From: a virus
Taxonomy: Duplodnaviria; Caudoviricetes
DNA: 64,000 nucleotides
IMG/VR virus record: IMGVR_UViG_3300028833_000124
Coordinates: 19,650-83,649 of that record
Direction: 5' to 3' (one strand)
This document shows, one piece after another, positions 19,747 through 32,021 of the stretch (its first letter is position 1; every line of letters begins with the position of its first letter). Under the pieces are notes generated by a model that worked only from the letters and a program-made list of their open reading frames with translations, searched no databases and was not told where the DNA came from. The translations under genes and the position numbers were made by a program.

Positions 19747-20493
19747 TTAATCAGTTTCTTCAAGTCTTGGTGCTAATAGGAATTTTAATGCTCCATCTCC
19801 AGTTATTAATTCAAATGTTAATTCTAATGGGATATCATCACCCAGGCTTAATATGCAGGTTTCGCTTAATCCGCTTGCTTTCATCATGTCTTTTAGTTTT
19901 TCAAAACTGAATAATGATGTGTAAATGTCGGTTACGTGTTCGCCGTGGAGGTATTTTATTTCTCCGTCTCCGAATGTTCCGTCTGCTTTTATGATGAGAT
20001 AATCTTGATTTACTATGAATTTTATTTTGTCGCTGAATATGCTCATGTCAGTTAAGGCATCTTTCAAAACATTGGAAGGTATCTTTAAATTAACTGGATG
20101 GTCAATCTTTGGAGGAGTTGCCGGTTCATAATTCATATCTATTAATCGAAGATTAAATTTCCTTGTTGCATCACCTTCAAAGATTAATATTACATTACCC
20201 TCATCTACAGTAAGTCGTAAAATATCTGATGTTTTGCATTTTTTCAAAACTTTAATAAACTCAGAAGTATCAATATTCAACTTCTCAGGAACACTACAAA
20301 CATACTCATCAAACAAATCTTTAGTTAATTCCATATTAACAAAAGTAATATGACTACGGTCCAATGCTTTTAAACGAATACCCTCTGAATCACATTCTAA
20401 AACCACTTCATCAATAATATTACTAATACTTTCAAAAATATCTTTAAAAATTTTATTATTACTTAATTCTAATTTAAAAGTCAATAAACTCAA
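19747..20493 (-). CDS. pcn: Archaeal-type PCNA sliding clamp
   Basis: 'GIRLKALDRSHITFV', 'LRLIDM', 'LKFLLAPRLE' are PCNA hallmarks; 248 aa. Confidence 0.93.
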   Translation of the reverse strand: MSLLTFKLELSNNKIFKDIFESISNIIDEVVLECDSEGIRLKALDRSHITFVNMELTKDLFDEYVCSVPEKLNIDTSEFIKVLKKCKTSDILRLTVDEGNVILIFEGDATRKFNLRLIDMNYEPATPPKIDHPVNLKIPSNVLKDALTDMSIFSDKIKFIVNQDYLIIKADGTFGDGEIKYLHGEHVTDIYTSLFSFEKLKDMMKASGLSETCILSLGDDIPLELTFELITGDGALKFLLAPRLEETD

Positions 20494-20792
20494 CTCCTTG
20501 CTCTTCTTCCTTTTGGATTGGATTTATATGGATTTTTACTCCACTTAATTGGATTATTAGGTCGTTCATGCTTATTCGGAATAATAACTGCTCCCACAAT
20601 AAAATTCAAATCAATTAAACATCTATCACCTTTCAAAACATTACCCTGCTTAAATGAAACATCATGTTCAGGTTCAATAATAAACTTCCAATAACTCTTT
20701 TCAGAGGACCTTTCTTTATCTGTGAGTAATCTAACTGCTTTATTTTCAGATTTAGCTTCTTGAATTAATTCATATAATGCAGTTGAATTCAT
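20490..20792 (-). CDS. Hypothetical protein
   Basis: ORF in the operon. Confidence 0.5.
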   Translation of the reverse strand: MNSTALYELIQEAKSENKAVRLLTDKERSSEKSYWKFIIEPEHDVSFKQGNVLKGDRCLIDLNFIVGAVIIPNKHERPNNPIKWSKNPYKSNPKGRRARS

Positions 20793-20798
20793 AATCCC

Positions 20799-21158
20799 TT
20801 AATCCTCATTTGATTCTTCTTCTAATTTACCTACACTAAACAGGTATTTAGTTCTGATTTCAGTTGTGTCCTGCAAATGATTTTCAACTATTACACGATT
20901 ATTAATAATCAATGATAAATTAAACACATCACAGAAATCACCTATTTGTTCCAGGTTAAATAAGTCACCATTACATGTTAATGTTACTGTGCCTTGATCT
21001 TCAAATTCAATATGGAAATTTGATGTTTCACCTACAGTTTGCAAATAATTTTTCATTGCATCTGTGATTTTAAGGTTTATTTCAATCATTTGAATTCGCA
21101 CTTTCCTGTGTTGTTCGATTATTCTATGCCAGAATTTAGCATCATTATTTTCAGTCAT
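20799..21158 (-). CDS. Hypothetical protein
   Basis: ORF in the operon. Confidence 0.5.
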   Translation of the reverse strand: MTENNDAKFWHRIIEQHRKVRIQMIEINLKITDAMKNYLQTVGETSNFHIEFEDQGTVTLTCNGDLFNLEQIGDFCDVFNLSLIINNRVIVENHLQDTTEIRTKYLFSVGKLEEESNED

Positions 21159-21358
21159 TCATCATCATCTCCCTTCTGATAGATATCTTTAATGGGAACA
21201 TCATCAAATTGCTCTAACCATTGACGTTCCTCTTCATCCAAAACAGCCATATCTCGCTTATAACATTCATTAATATAAGCAATGGCCTCATCTTTTTTTT
21301 TAGTTAATAATGCTTTCTTATTTTTGATAGCATTTAACATTTGATTAGCAGAATTCAT
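21155..21358 (-). CDS. Small coiled-coil hypothetical protein
   Basis: ORF; first gene of a leftward unit divergent from recombinase 1. Confidence 0.5.
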   Translation of the reverse strand: MNSANQMLNAIKNKKALLTKKKDEAIAYINECYKRDMAVLDEEERQWLEQFDDVPIKDIYQKGDDDE

Positions 21359-21382
21359 AATAATATATATTGAAAAAACTTT

Positions 21383-21397
21383 GAACTATTGTAACAC
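21383..21397 (+). repeat. 15-bp direct repeat GAACTATTGTAACAC, copy 1 (upstream of recombinase 1)
   Basis: Identical copy at 50047-50061 next to recombinase 2. Confidence 0.6.
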
Positions 21398-21412
21398 CAA
21401 TAAAATAATATT

Positions 21413-22450
21413 ATGTTAAACAATAAGCTATTCAAAAGATTTTGTAGAGAAAGAAACATAAAAGAAAGCACCGCAAGTGGTTATGAGTCAGCATTGAAAC
21501 ATTACATTAAATTTCATAAGAAAAGTTTGGATTTTTTAATGCAGGAAGCAGTAACTGATGAAAATGAAATGGTTCCTTTAAAGGATAGGAAAGTTAAAAA
21601 AAGATTGTTGAATTACAGAAGTTATCTGTTAAAAGGTAATAATTCTCCGAATACTGTGAGAACATATTTCACTAAGGTTAAAACTTTTTATATTCATTTT
21701 GATATTGAGATTCCTCATTTGCCTGATGCTAAGTATGAAAGATTATATGAAACTAATTATTTGGATTTGCCTACTCATGAGCATATTCGTCAGGCATGTG
21801 ATATTTGTGGTTTGGATTTGAAAAGTGTTATTCTTTTTATGAGTTCTTCGGGTACTGCTAAGGCCGAAACTTTAAGCATTACTGTGGAACAATTTGTTAA
21901 TGGAACAAGACAATTTCATAATGGTGGATCATTAGAACTAATACTGGAAACATTAGCTCATAAAAAAAATGTTATTCCAACTTTTTATTTGAAACGAATT
22001 AAAACTGATAAATATTATTATACTTTTTGCAGTCCTGAAGCTACACGATATATTGTGAAATATTTGCAGACTAGGAAAGATTTAAAGTTGTCAGATAAGT
22101 TGTTTGATTTTACAGCTGCTAAATTGTTGAATAAGTTTCAAGAAATTAATGATCGTATGGGTTGGGGGTTTAAAGGCAAATACCGTTTCTTTCGTGCTCA
22201 TACTTTGCGGAAGTTTCATGCTTCCAATATTGGTTTAGCTGCCGAATATATTGATGAATTACAGGGCAGGTCTAAAAATTATGTTCATAGCACATATATT
22301 AAAACTAATCCTGAGAAGTTGAAAAGGATTTATAAGTCTGCTATGCATAATGTTTTGATTTATAATAAGGATGATGTTGATGTGGTTAATCAGGAGTTTA
22401 CTATTGTGATTAATGTTTTTTTATCTGGTAAGGAATATAATATTTTATAG
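21413..22450 (+). CDS. int: Tyrosine recombinase/integrase 1
   Basis: N-terminal SAM-like domain; 'SSGTAKAE', 'RAHTLRKFHAS' (HxxR), 'LQGR...STY' (catalytic Tyr). Confidence 0.85.
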   Translation: MLNNKLFKRFCRERNIKESTASGYESALKHYIKFHKKSLDFLMQEAVTDENEMVPLKDRKVKKRLLNYRSYLLKGNNSPNTVRTYFTKVKTFYIHFDIEIPHLPDAKYERLYETNYLDLPTHEHIRQACDICGLDLKSVILFMSSSGTAKAETLSITVEQFVNGTRQFHNGGSLELILETLAHKKNVIPTFYLKRIKTDKYYYTFCSPEATRYIVKYLQTRKDLKLSDKLFDFTAAKLLNKFQEINDRMGWGFKGKYRFFRAHTLRKFHASNIGLAAEYIDELQGRSKNYVHSTYIKTNPEKLKRIYKSAMHNVLIYNKDDVDVVNQEFTIVINVFLSGKEYNIL

Positions 22451-22459
22451 AAAAAATAG

Positions 22460-22621
22460 GGAGGAGGGAAGAATTGCACTTCCACTTAATCCCCGTACAA
22501 TATCCAGCCACAGTTCCAACGTCTTTCCTTGATTATTATTTATTACTTATTAACCCACAGTAACCATAATCAAAGTGGGATATTCCCATAGGAAGTCGTG
22601 CCTAATTACACCAACTCCTCC
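22460..22621 (-). ncRNA. tRNA-like RNA 2 (~162 nt)
   Basis: 5' GGAGGAG pairs perfectly with 3' CTCCTCC; T-arm GGAAG-TGCAATT-CTTCC; D-like hairpin GTG-TAATTAGG-CAC; internal helix AATATCC/GGATATT; followed by a T-run. Confidence 0.6.
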
Positions 22622-22638
22622 TTTAAAAGTAAAAAAAA

Positions 22639-23046
22639 TTAATCTTCTTTTATGGTGTTAATTTCAATAATATTATCCAAATTAATAGCTTTATCGATTG
22701 GCGGGATTATTGTTGGGTCTTCACTACTTTCTGGCCAGAATAATAAATTTTCATGAATGCCAACAGGTTCATCTTTATTGATGATATATTTGTTACCATT
22801 TAATGCTATGAGTTCAGTATTATGTTTACCATAATTTTGCTGTAATACTTCCATGAATCCTTCATCAGTTGTGAATTCATAAATATGACCTAATTTATTT
22901 TGGATATAGTCTAATATTTGGATTTGATTTAGAAACTTGTTTGTAGCTGTTTCATCTTCTTTTTCTTTAGCTTCATTTAGTTTGTCCATCAATTCCATTC
23001 TTTCAGTATTAATAATGTTGATTATTGTTTTTGCTTCTGATTTCAT
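22639..23046 (-). CDS. Hypothetical protein
   Basis: ORF. Confidence 0.5.
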   Translation of the reverse strand: MKSEAKTIINIINTERMELMDKLNEAKEKEDETATNKFLNQIQILDYIQNKLGHIYEFTTDEGFMEVLQQNYGKHNTELIALNGNKYIINKDEPVGIHENLLFWPESSEDPTIIPPIDKAINLDNIIEINTIKED

Positions 23047-23610
23047 TTAAAACCACCATCCACCGATTGCAGTATTAGTTCCACTATATTTATTAAAATT
23101 GTTATTAGTTGCATTAGATTCATCAATCACTTCTTCCACACTTAAAATATTTGGGAATGTGCTGTAGAATGGTTCTCTCCAACCATAATATTTGATTTTA
23201 TAAGTTCCACCAGTTTTTAATTGATTGAATAAATCTCTTGTATTCCATTTACCAAACCAAAAATTTTCCTCATTTAGGAATGATTCACCATCCGTTGTTA
23301 CCATAAGCAGATCATCTGCACTATCAACAACTATCATTCCATGGTCATTTTTTTGGATATTAGGTTTGATTTGATAATCAGATACAGTTATTATTTTTTC
23401 CTGGACTGATGGTACTTCGTAGTTATTATGCCAGGTCATGCTTGCTAATCCAAAACCTGCAACGACAATAATACTTCCCAATATTATTAGGATTATTTTA
23501 TCTTTAGTGAATCCATATAATGCGATTATTATACCTATTATTAAGGGAATTAAAAGGTATCCTATTTTAGTTAATCCTATCATCCACCATGATGGAGGTA
23601 CAAAAGTCAT
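23047..23610 (-). CDS. Membrane-anchored DUF1523-like protein
   Basis: Two TM helices, then 'FLNEENFWFGKWNT..L...LKTG.TY...YYGWREPFYSTFPNILSV'. Confidence 0.6.
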   Translation of the reverse strand: MTFVPPSWWMIGLTKIGYLLIPLIIGIIIALYGFTKDKIILIILGSIIVVAGFGLASMTWHNNYEVPSVQEKIITVSDYQIKPNIQKNDHGMIVVDSADDLLMVTTDGESFLNEENFWFGKWNTRDLFNQLKTGGTYKIKYYGWREPFYSTFPNILSVEEVIDESNATNNNFNKYSGTNTAIGGWWF

Positions 23611-23616
23611 AAGGTT

Positions 23617-24123
23617 TCATTCCTCCTTGTTTAAGTCTTCTGCATTGCTTACTTCAACAATATCATCTAACATTTTCACAGTATTATAATAAGCTCTGAT
23701 TAAAATAGATGGGTCGCTTAAATTCAGATATTCTGGTGTTACTCTTCCAAATCTTCCTTTACCTGCCATTACACAATCAGATATCATTTCAAAAACATCA
23801 ATTAATGTCACATCTAATGGACAGTCTGCATTTAAGTGATGTCTTTCTGCATAAATGTGTCTTTGATACCATGGTCTTTTTTTGAATTCATCATCAGTAT
23901 GTTCTGATAATACATCTTCGGCATATTCATCGAAGTAAGATATTTTTGTGAAGTCATGTTTTAATCCGGCTTCGTGGAGTTTTCCTGCGAAGAAATCCAT
24001 TCCTTTTTGAACATCTTTGATGTGTTCTTCGGTGGCATCGTATAGTTTTTCTTTTGTTATATCTTCAGGTGCTGTCCGACTGTCGGCATATTCAGTATTT
24101 TTGATAATTATCTTTGATGTCAT
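23617..24123 (-). CDS. DUF5662/HD-like protein; start likely 24123
   Basis: 'HDFTK', 'HIYAERHH', 'LIDVFEMISD' metal-binding residues. Confidence 0.65.
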   Translation of the reverse strand: MTSKIIIKNTEYADSRTAPEDITKEKLYDATEEHIKDVQKGMDFFAGKLHEAGLKHDFTKISYFDEYAEDVLSEHTDDEFKKRPWYQRHIYAERHHLNADCPLDVTLIDVFEMISDCVMAGKGRFGRVTPEYLNLSDPSILIRAYYNTVKMLDDIVEVSNAEDLNKEE

Positions 24124-27100
24124 AGATATTATTTTAGTGATGGTTTGGAAGTATTGTAACAAAAAAAGGTGGAGAAGAATGTTCAAAAAAGGTCATAATA
24201 TTTTTTTAATTTACATTCATTCTTATTACAAATTACAAGCCACATTCCAAATTCAGTAGATAATGGATTAAGTGGATGTAAACAATAACTTTGAACCCCT
24301 AATCCTTCTTCATATCTCCTCATTCGATGTTCACAATTAATCCATTCTGGCATATCATAATCTTCAGGTAATTCAAATTTAGGTTTGATTACTTCAGATG
24401 ATTCATTAAAACAATTTAGAACAGATTTCATCACTTGCAAATCTAATAATTGAATGTCAATTTCACATTCTTTTTCTAATATTTTTTTATGTTTGAAAAC
24501 GGGACTTTCAAGAATACTCATAAATATTTTTACTCCCTATTTAAGATGCTATTTCTATATTCTTTCATTGATTCATATTTTTCTTTTAATTTAACCTCAA
24601 TGATTTTATCTGAATAATGATGATTAAATGGTTCTAATAATCGATTATCACTATCATAGTTCATAAAACTCATAATTTCATATCCGCAGATTATATGGTC
24701 ATTAACTACTAAATCAGTTAACATATCTACAACATGATAATTTTTAACATTATCAAATACATTCTTAAGTGATAAGTCATTATAACCATAATAGTCTTCT
24801 CCCCATCCTTTACTCATTGCAAGGTCCCAATATTTTTCATATAATTCTGAAATTGACCATGTTTCCCATTTATGGAATGGTTCTGCATTCACAGGAACAT
24901 TAAGATAAACGGGTGAATGTAACTGAATTAATTGTTCTTGACATTGCGCTGCTATTACTTCAGCATGCATATCTGCTTTTTCACCTATTAGATTTGCTAA
25001 TTCATTAAATGTTTTAATTATGAAATGACTTTTTGAATGATCTAAAATTTGTTGTTTTCTTAACTCCATTAATTTTTCCGGTGCATTTTTAACTAATTTT
25101 TCAAAGATGTTGTCTAATTCTTCAGCGTTATTTATTTCAGGTTCGTTATAGGTTACTCTTGGAAAATCTTTCATTGCATCTATCCCCATAATTTAAATTC
25201 TGTTGCAATTTCTTTTAATAATCTTTTTCGTGCTGCTGTTTCACTATCATAAATATCTGTTCCAGATAAAGGTTTGCATTTTTTATATTCTTTATTTATG
25301 AATCGTCGCAAATTTTTTCTGAAAGGATTATTATTAGATATTCGCATTTTATTTGTGTTTAATAAATTTAGAACATAATCTAAATCTTCTTCGTTTAAAA
25401 AGGATAATTCAGGGTATTGTCCTTGATTGTCATGTATTTCTAATTGTGCTGCATTGTGGAATTTTTTGAGTTTTTTGAATCTTTCAGTCATATCCATTAC
25501 TGTCATATTCAGCTCCCCCCATATTCTTTTTAATTCCATCATGAATATTAATAAGTTCATTTGTTAATAATTCTAATGTGTTGATTCTTACTCTTTGCCT
25601 ATCTATTGTGGCATGTGAATAATTTCGTTTTTCATAATATTCTAATAAGCTTTCTTCATCTCTTATTTTAGCTTTATAACGATTTATTATTGTTTGATAT
25701 ATTAGGCATTGTAATTCTTTTTGATCTGTTATGATTTCAGAGTTTTTTAAGAATTGATTTTCATCGTTCAACTCATTCAATCTATCAACAACATCTTCAC
25801 AAGTCAAATAGCAATCTGCTAAATCACAATGATTATCCCAAAACTGTGGGTGCCCCCTCTCCCAATTAAAAGAATATCGTTTATTTTCAGTCATTGATAC
25901 ACTTCCTCTTTGAATTCTTCTAATGCTGTTTTTTTAATCCAGTTATGTTTGCTTCCGCAACCACAAGCACTTAATTCATATTCTTCTGATTTGGTTTCAT
26001 ATTCACATATTTTACCATTTAGTTTTGCTTTGATGTCTATGTAATTGTCGATTTGTTCTTGTTGTTTTTCCAACAGTTCGGCTTGTCTGTTGATGCGTTC
26101 TTCTAGTTCTTTGATTTTATCTTCTTTATTGTTTAGTGTTTCAATGATTATTTCTGCTTGTCTTGCTGAATGGGCGTATGCTAAGTGTTTTCCATTGTCT
26201 AGTATTTCCCAGTCATCTTCTTTTTGAGTATATCTTTTAGTCATTTTATCAAATCCTTTACTGGACTTTTATCTGAAATATGGTCATTAAATGATTCAAC
26301 AAGTCTTGTTAATGCTTGTTTTAATATTGCATTATCTTCTTTTAAATCTTCATTTTCTTCATCTAAACTCTTAATATCTTGACTCATTTGTTTTATATGA
26401 CTATTCAAATAGTTTATTTTTTTAATAGCGTCATCTCTTCTTTTTTTAAGTTGATGTGTTTGTCTTCGATAATATTCCAATTTTTCTTCAAGAGTCATTT
26501 CATCCATATTCATTTAAATAACCCCTCTGGATGATTTTTAATTACATGATCCATTCCTTTATCAAAAGCTGATTTGTAATCTACTTCTTTATTTTTTAAA
26601 TCAATTTCTAATTCATCTGCAATGTCTCTAATTGTAGCTCTTAACATGTCATATGCTTGATGAACCATTACATTATCTAAATTTTTTTGTCTTTGACTAT
26701 TCGCATAATTATAATGTTTTTGTAAAGTTTCTTCGACTTGTGATTCAAATTTATTTAATTCATTTGCGAAAGATATTTTATCTCTGGTTAATTCATTGAG
26801 TTTATCAACAACTTCATATGCTGGTAAACTTTTACCATTAAGGGTTACGCATCGTGATAATCCTTTTTCATTAATTCCATATTTGTCCATGTTAATTACT
26901 CCATTTCCTTTGTAATTCATTATCATCGTAGATTACTTTTTCTGCACAAGTATCATACTGACTAACTTCACTGACTCCTAATTCAAAGTACAATAAACAC
27001 ATGTCATTTTTGGGAACATAGTTCTGACAATTTAAATGCACATTTGATTTGCAGTTGTCACATGGTCCTTTGTCTGCTTTATTCTTACAGTATAATTTGT

Positions 27101-29782
27101 TTTTTTCTTCAAAACGATATCCACAATCCTTAAACACAATCATTTACTCACCTCAAAATGGTTTAAGATTTCTTGGCCTCTCATAACTATAAATAAGGTT
27201 TTTCCACTTGTTTTAGTGATGATAACATCTGCATTGTCCAATTCATCAAATCGTTCAAGCATTTCGTAGATGTAATCAAACTTCTCTTTAAACTCAGTTA
27301 CTTTCATTCTTATCACATCAATTTAGTTTGTTTAGTGGGTTCGCAAGGAGCTTCTGTACCCAATAAATATAAAAATTTCTTTTGAAGTAAATCACAGTAA
27401 CCCCATTGTCCATCAGCACTTCCTACATAATTTCCATCATCATCAAATATGCCATGGCTATGGAAACAACTTCTTTTCCAATGAGGACAGTTTGTTTCTC
27501 CTTGTACCCATTGGTTTTGGCTGCATTCTTTTATGGGTTTGATGCTCATTCTAAATTACCTTCCTTAATAATCTAATTGCCTTAATACAGCTTTAATCCT
27601 TACTAATGCACTTGTTTTTTCATCTACTTCAAATTTTAAATCTCTTAACATTTCATTAAGGTCATAGCATAATTTCTTCATATCATCTTCATTTTTAGGA
27701 TTGTAAACTGTATGAGTTGTTTCATTTACTATTTTCTTTTGTTCAAATCTAAAAGTCATTCTTTTAACTCCTTAAAACATTCTTTATTCAAATTTTCCAG
27801 TGATTCCGCATAATGGTCATCATACATGCAAAGGTAAGGTTGGGAGTTATCCAAATCCACAGACAAACCCTCACAATCAACACAATTCATTAAATCACCA
27901 TTTAAAATAACTGACAACATTGTAATCGCCTTTTAATGCTACGATAATGTTTTCACCAGTGGATTTAGTGTAACCTATTTTCACATCTTCAAAGTCAATG
28001 TTTTTGTCTTCCAGTTCTGTTTTCATCTGTTCAACCTTAGTGTAGAATTGTTTGAAGTTCATTGTTTAGCCTCCAAATTCAAACTTATCACATGGACATT
28101 TACTGCATTTAACAAGTTTTCCTGCTGTACGGTCTTCATTCAGATATAACGCACAGTACCCAACAAAACCTGATGACTCGCTGGTGTTATGTTTGCAATC
28201 CTTGTAAGTTACTGGTCTATGGTTCATTCATTCCACCTCATCTGTTATTCTTGTTTCTGTTTCGTATCTCATGGTTATTGATTCCTTAATTTTTCAAGAT
28301 ATTCTTCATTATCATATGCAATATATTCTTCCAGGACTTCAGGCAGATCATTAAAAGGTATCCTGTATTTTATGCATATGGTTCTTAATTTCAAAATTGT
28401 CAAGATAAAATTTCTAATCTTCATTGGGTTCACTTTTTCTCATTAAATTCCTTTTTAAGTATCATAGCATCAGATGCCATTTGAGCTTTGAATCCTGATG
28501 TGTCTGTTAAGTATTTTAATGCTACTTCTAATTCCATTAATTTTTTATACAATTCAAATCTGACTTTTTCTAAGTCATAAGTTGTGAAGTGATGTGCTTC
28601 ATCCAGAATATAATTTAAATGCAGTATTTCTTCGCATAAGTCTGTTATTTCTTCAAAATTCATTTTTATAATCCCTCATTGTAATTCTTCACTTATTTTA
28701 TCTAAATCCAAACCAGTTTCAGCTTTTAATAATTGTTTATCTTTTGCTGTTGGTTTTCTTTTGATTTTTAATCGGATTTCAACATCAAAAAACTTATTAT
28801 ACATATCTACTGAAATCCAATTGCCAATAGTTGCACCTTGATTTATTCTTGCCATTAATAGTATCCAAAAAAAATGAAACATAGATACATTCCGTGTTAA
28901 TAATCCGAAATAATTCTTTTCAGTCATTCACAGTTCCCCTTTTTATATTCTTGATAACAATAATCTAAAATCTCCTCATATTTATCCAAAGTCAGATTGC
29001 CCTCATCGTGTAACCAACCACTTATAATAGCAGTTCTTTTTTGTGAATGTTTGATTTGTTGTTTTAACTCATTATTCTCTCTTTCCAATTCTCTGCGACT
29101 ATATAATTTCCTTTCTTTACATTCTTTTAATTCAAAATCTAACTCTTCAATTTTATGCTCTAACTTCTTAATTATATGCCAAAACTGTTCAGGGAAAATA
29201 CGAACATTATTTTCATAGTAATATTTCCCAGTATCAGTAACTTCATAAGTATACTTATTATTCATTCTTGCAACTCCTTTTGCAGTTTTCCTTTTGTGTC
29301 ATCTAATTCATCGCATTTACTTTTTAAACAAAAATTATTATATTTTCTACAGTAAACTACACCGGTGGAGGAGTTCCTATGTTTACATCTCCACCAGTAT
29401 CTTCGTTTAGTCATTCTAATCCCTTATTCTCCATCTTTTAAGTTTTTAAATTCACTTTGCAAGTCAAGATATTCTCTCCAAATTTTATTATTTTCTTTGA
29501 TAAGTTTGGAAACATATTTATTCTGCCACAAAGTCCTTACATCATTTGCATAAACCCAAGCAGACCTACACAAAAAAATAATTACGGGAGGAACAATTAT
29601 TAAGACTAATAAACTCATTAAATCAAACTGGACAATAAAAGTCATTAGACATCACCCACTATAATAAATACTAAATTCAAAACTGTTACAATCTGCAACA
29701 ACTTCATCTGCATCTCTATCAGACATATCTTTTTGACAACACATTCCATCAAAATATCCGCATTTACCACATTCAAATTCAT

Positions 29783-30112
29783 TCATTCCAATCCCTCTTT
29801 AAGCTCATCTAAATAAACAACTTCTTTATGATATGCTTTTGCGATTTCATGTTCCAATTTACAACCTCTCGCATCTTCCCAACCATAACCCATAGCAAGA
29901 ACATCAGCCATACTCATGAAAAATATTGATTCACTTAAACATTCTAACGGAGATTTCTGTTCATGATCTTCAACTATAGAAGAGATTATTTCACAATTAT
30001 CATCACCATAATAATCAAATAGCAGGTTTGCCATTTCATTTCTTTCAGCATCAATTTCTTGTTTTGTTTTACCATTCATTGGACTGCTTAACATGATTTT
30101 AATTTTACTCAT
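29783..30112 (-). CDS. DUF4406/nucleoside deoxyribosyltransferase-like protein
   Basis: 'IMLSSPMNG', 'ADVLAMGYGWEDARGCKLEHEIA'. Confidence 0.7.
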   Translation of the reverse strand: MSKIKIMLSSPMNGKTKQEIDAERNEMANLLFDYYGDDNCEIISSIVEDHEQKSPLECLSESIFFMSMADVLAMGYGWEDARGCKLEHEIAKAYHKEVVYLDELKEGLE

Positions 30113-30649
30113 TTTTCTTCCTCCATTTTATATTTTCACTATATCCACCTAATTCATCGATTTTATCACATAAAGCATATAAGAAATAAATTAAACTATA
30201 TGCATCTTCTTTATTTACTAATGGAACATCTTCAAATTCATGAAGAAAATCTTTTAAGACATATGAATAAGAGAATTCATTATTCTCTTTGTCATAATGT
30301 CTTTTTTTAAATAATACAAATCTTTGATAATAATGGTTACCATCTTGTTTGAAATAATAATCATCTGCTTTTTTACATCTCATACGATTATCACAACAAT
30401 ATCGATGATCTGCTTCACAGTATTCGCTACCGTATTCCATCATATCATCACATTCCAAACTCATTGTTAAATCCTCCAATTTACTAAATGACCTAATTTC
30501 TTATTGATATACTCATCGGAATATCCTAATTGTCTTAATTCTTCTATTTTCTTATTAATCCACCAACCATCTATGCCCACATCTGTTTGAGATGTTATAG
30601 TTGACTTTTTAAGATGTCCAGTATGTTCAATCATCTCCTAAACTCCCAT

Positions 30650-30976
30650 TTATATTATTTCAATAACTTTACAGAACATTGTTCTACTATCAGGTATTTC
30701 TAATGTAACTGTTTGACCAACTTGAATGTTCACATAATCTTCCATGCTAACAGGATATTCTTGGATGATATAATGAGCGTAGGTTCCTTTTTCTCTTTCA
30801 CTTATCACATACATTGGATTAGCATAATTATTATCATCAAGAGGGGCGTTTCCAGTTCCCATGCCTACAATGTGTTTACTGTCCACTCTCATTGTTACTT
30901 CTGTTGCACATACTGTTCCGATACAGAATAATGCAACAATTATTAAACAGAATAGTAATACTATTTTTTTATTCAT
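30650..30976 (-). CDS. Secreted/membrane-anchored small protein
   Basis: N-terminal KK plus hydrophobic signal peptide. Confidence 0.55.
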   Translation of the reverse strand: MNKKIVLLFCLIIVALFCIGTVCATEVTMRVDSKHIVGMGTGNAPLDDNNYANPMYVISEREKGTYAHYIIQEYPVSMEDYVNIQVGQTVTLEIPDSRTMFCKVIEII

Positions 30977-31574
30977 TTTACTTGCAACTCCCTTTTCAAA
31001 TCTTGTTCTGTTTCTTCTGTTGACAATCTTTTAATTGTTCTTTTAATTCTTTGTTCTCTTCCATTAATTCCACATTGAATTCTGCTAATTCATCTCTTTG
31101 ACGTGTTCGCCTGTTTAACCGGCATTGTAAACGTGATTTTTCATTAGATAACTCATTCAATTTATCACAAACTTGTAATTGTGATAATTCAACATCATTA
31201 TCAAGTATTACGATGAGATTCTCATTATCAGTTGTTATACCAAATCGTTCAGTTTCAGCCATTATTTTCCCTCTTTGAATTATAACATTTCATCGCTTCT
31301 TCAGATAAACAGAATGTTCTTACATTCTCCCGTTTTCTAAGACAATACTTACATTCATTCAATAATACATGTTTACCTACACATACACCGCTACTACTCC
31401 CTTTGAAATGTGTTCTACCCCAAAAATCATCATTAGCATCACAATTCTTGTTATGTTCATACATATCACACTCACTATCCAAGATTACTGCTTTTTTCTT
31501 AAAACAAAACACATAATCCTTATCCTTATCTAAAACAACAGTATTATTTCGTTTTCTACTGAAAAACATAATCT

Positions 31575-32021
31575 TTACCCCTCTTTAATCATTTTATTAA
31601 AATCATTCACAATCCTCCAGAAACTTGCTTTAGGACTGTCATCAAAATAACCATCATGACAATTAAGCAATTTCCGACGTTCATTTTCAATAGCTTTCCT
31701 AAGAATCATATCTACAGTTTTACCGCAACGTCCTGGAGTATAATACGTATAACCTTTATCCCTTATTTTTTCAAATATTTCTTTACGAAGATCATCTAAT
31801 TGAATTATTTCAAATTCATCTTTGTTTGGGATTATTCCTAAACTGCTGGGATAATTCCACCACCTACAATGGATAGTACCCACATCATCAACGGAGGTTA
31901 CTGTTCCAATGGTTCCTGGTGGAACTGGTGTGGAGTCATTCATTTTAATTAATTTGATGATTGTGCCTTGAGGATATTTTTCACGAAGTTCGGCAATTTC
32001 TTTTTTACTTGGCCAATTCAT
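31575..32021 (-). CDS. DUF4314 domain protein
   Basis: 'LREKYPQGTIIKLIKMND...PPGTIGTVTSVDDVGTIHCRW'. Confidence 0.75.
   Translation of the reverse strand: MNWPSKKEIAELREKYPQGTIIKLIKMNDSTPVPPGTIGTVTSVDDVGTIHCRWWNYPSSLGIIPNKDEFEIIQLDDLRKEIFEKIRDKGYTYYTPGRCGKTVDMILRKAIENERRKLLNCHDGYFDDSPKASFWRIVNDFNKMIKEG

Noticed and set aside
21398-21421. dif-like half-site TTATGTTAAA at the start of recombinase 1
   Set aside because: It overlaps the ATG TTA AAC codons, and the left arm does not match a dif arm at the 6-bp spacing.
22460-22621. tmRNA or a standard tRNA call for the tRNA-like element
   Set aside because: No G3-U70, no tag frame and too short for tmRNA. No canonical 5-bp/7-nt anticodon arm, and the T-loop deviates, so no amino-acid identity was assigned.
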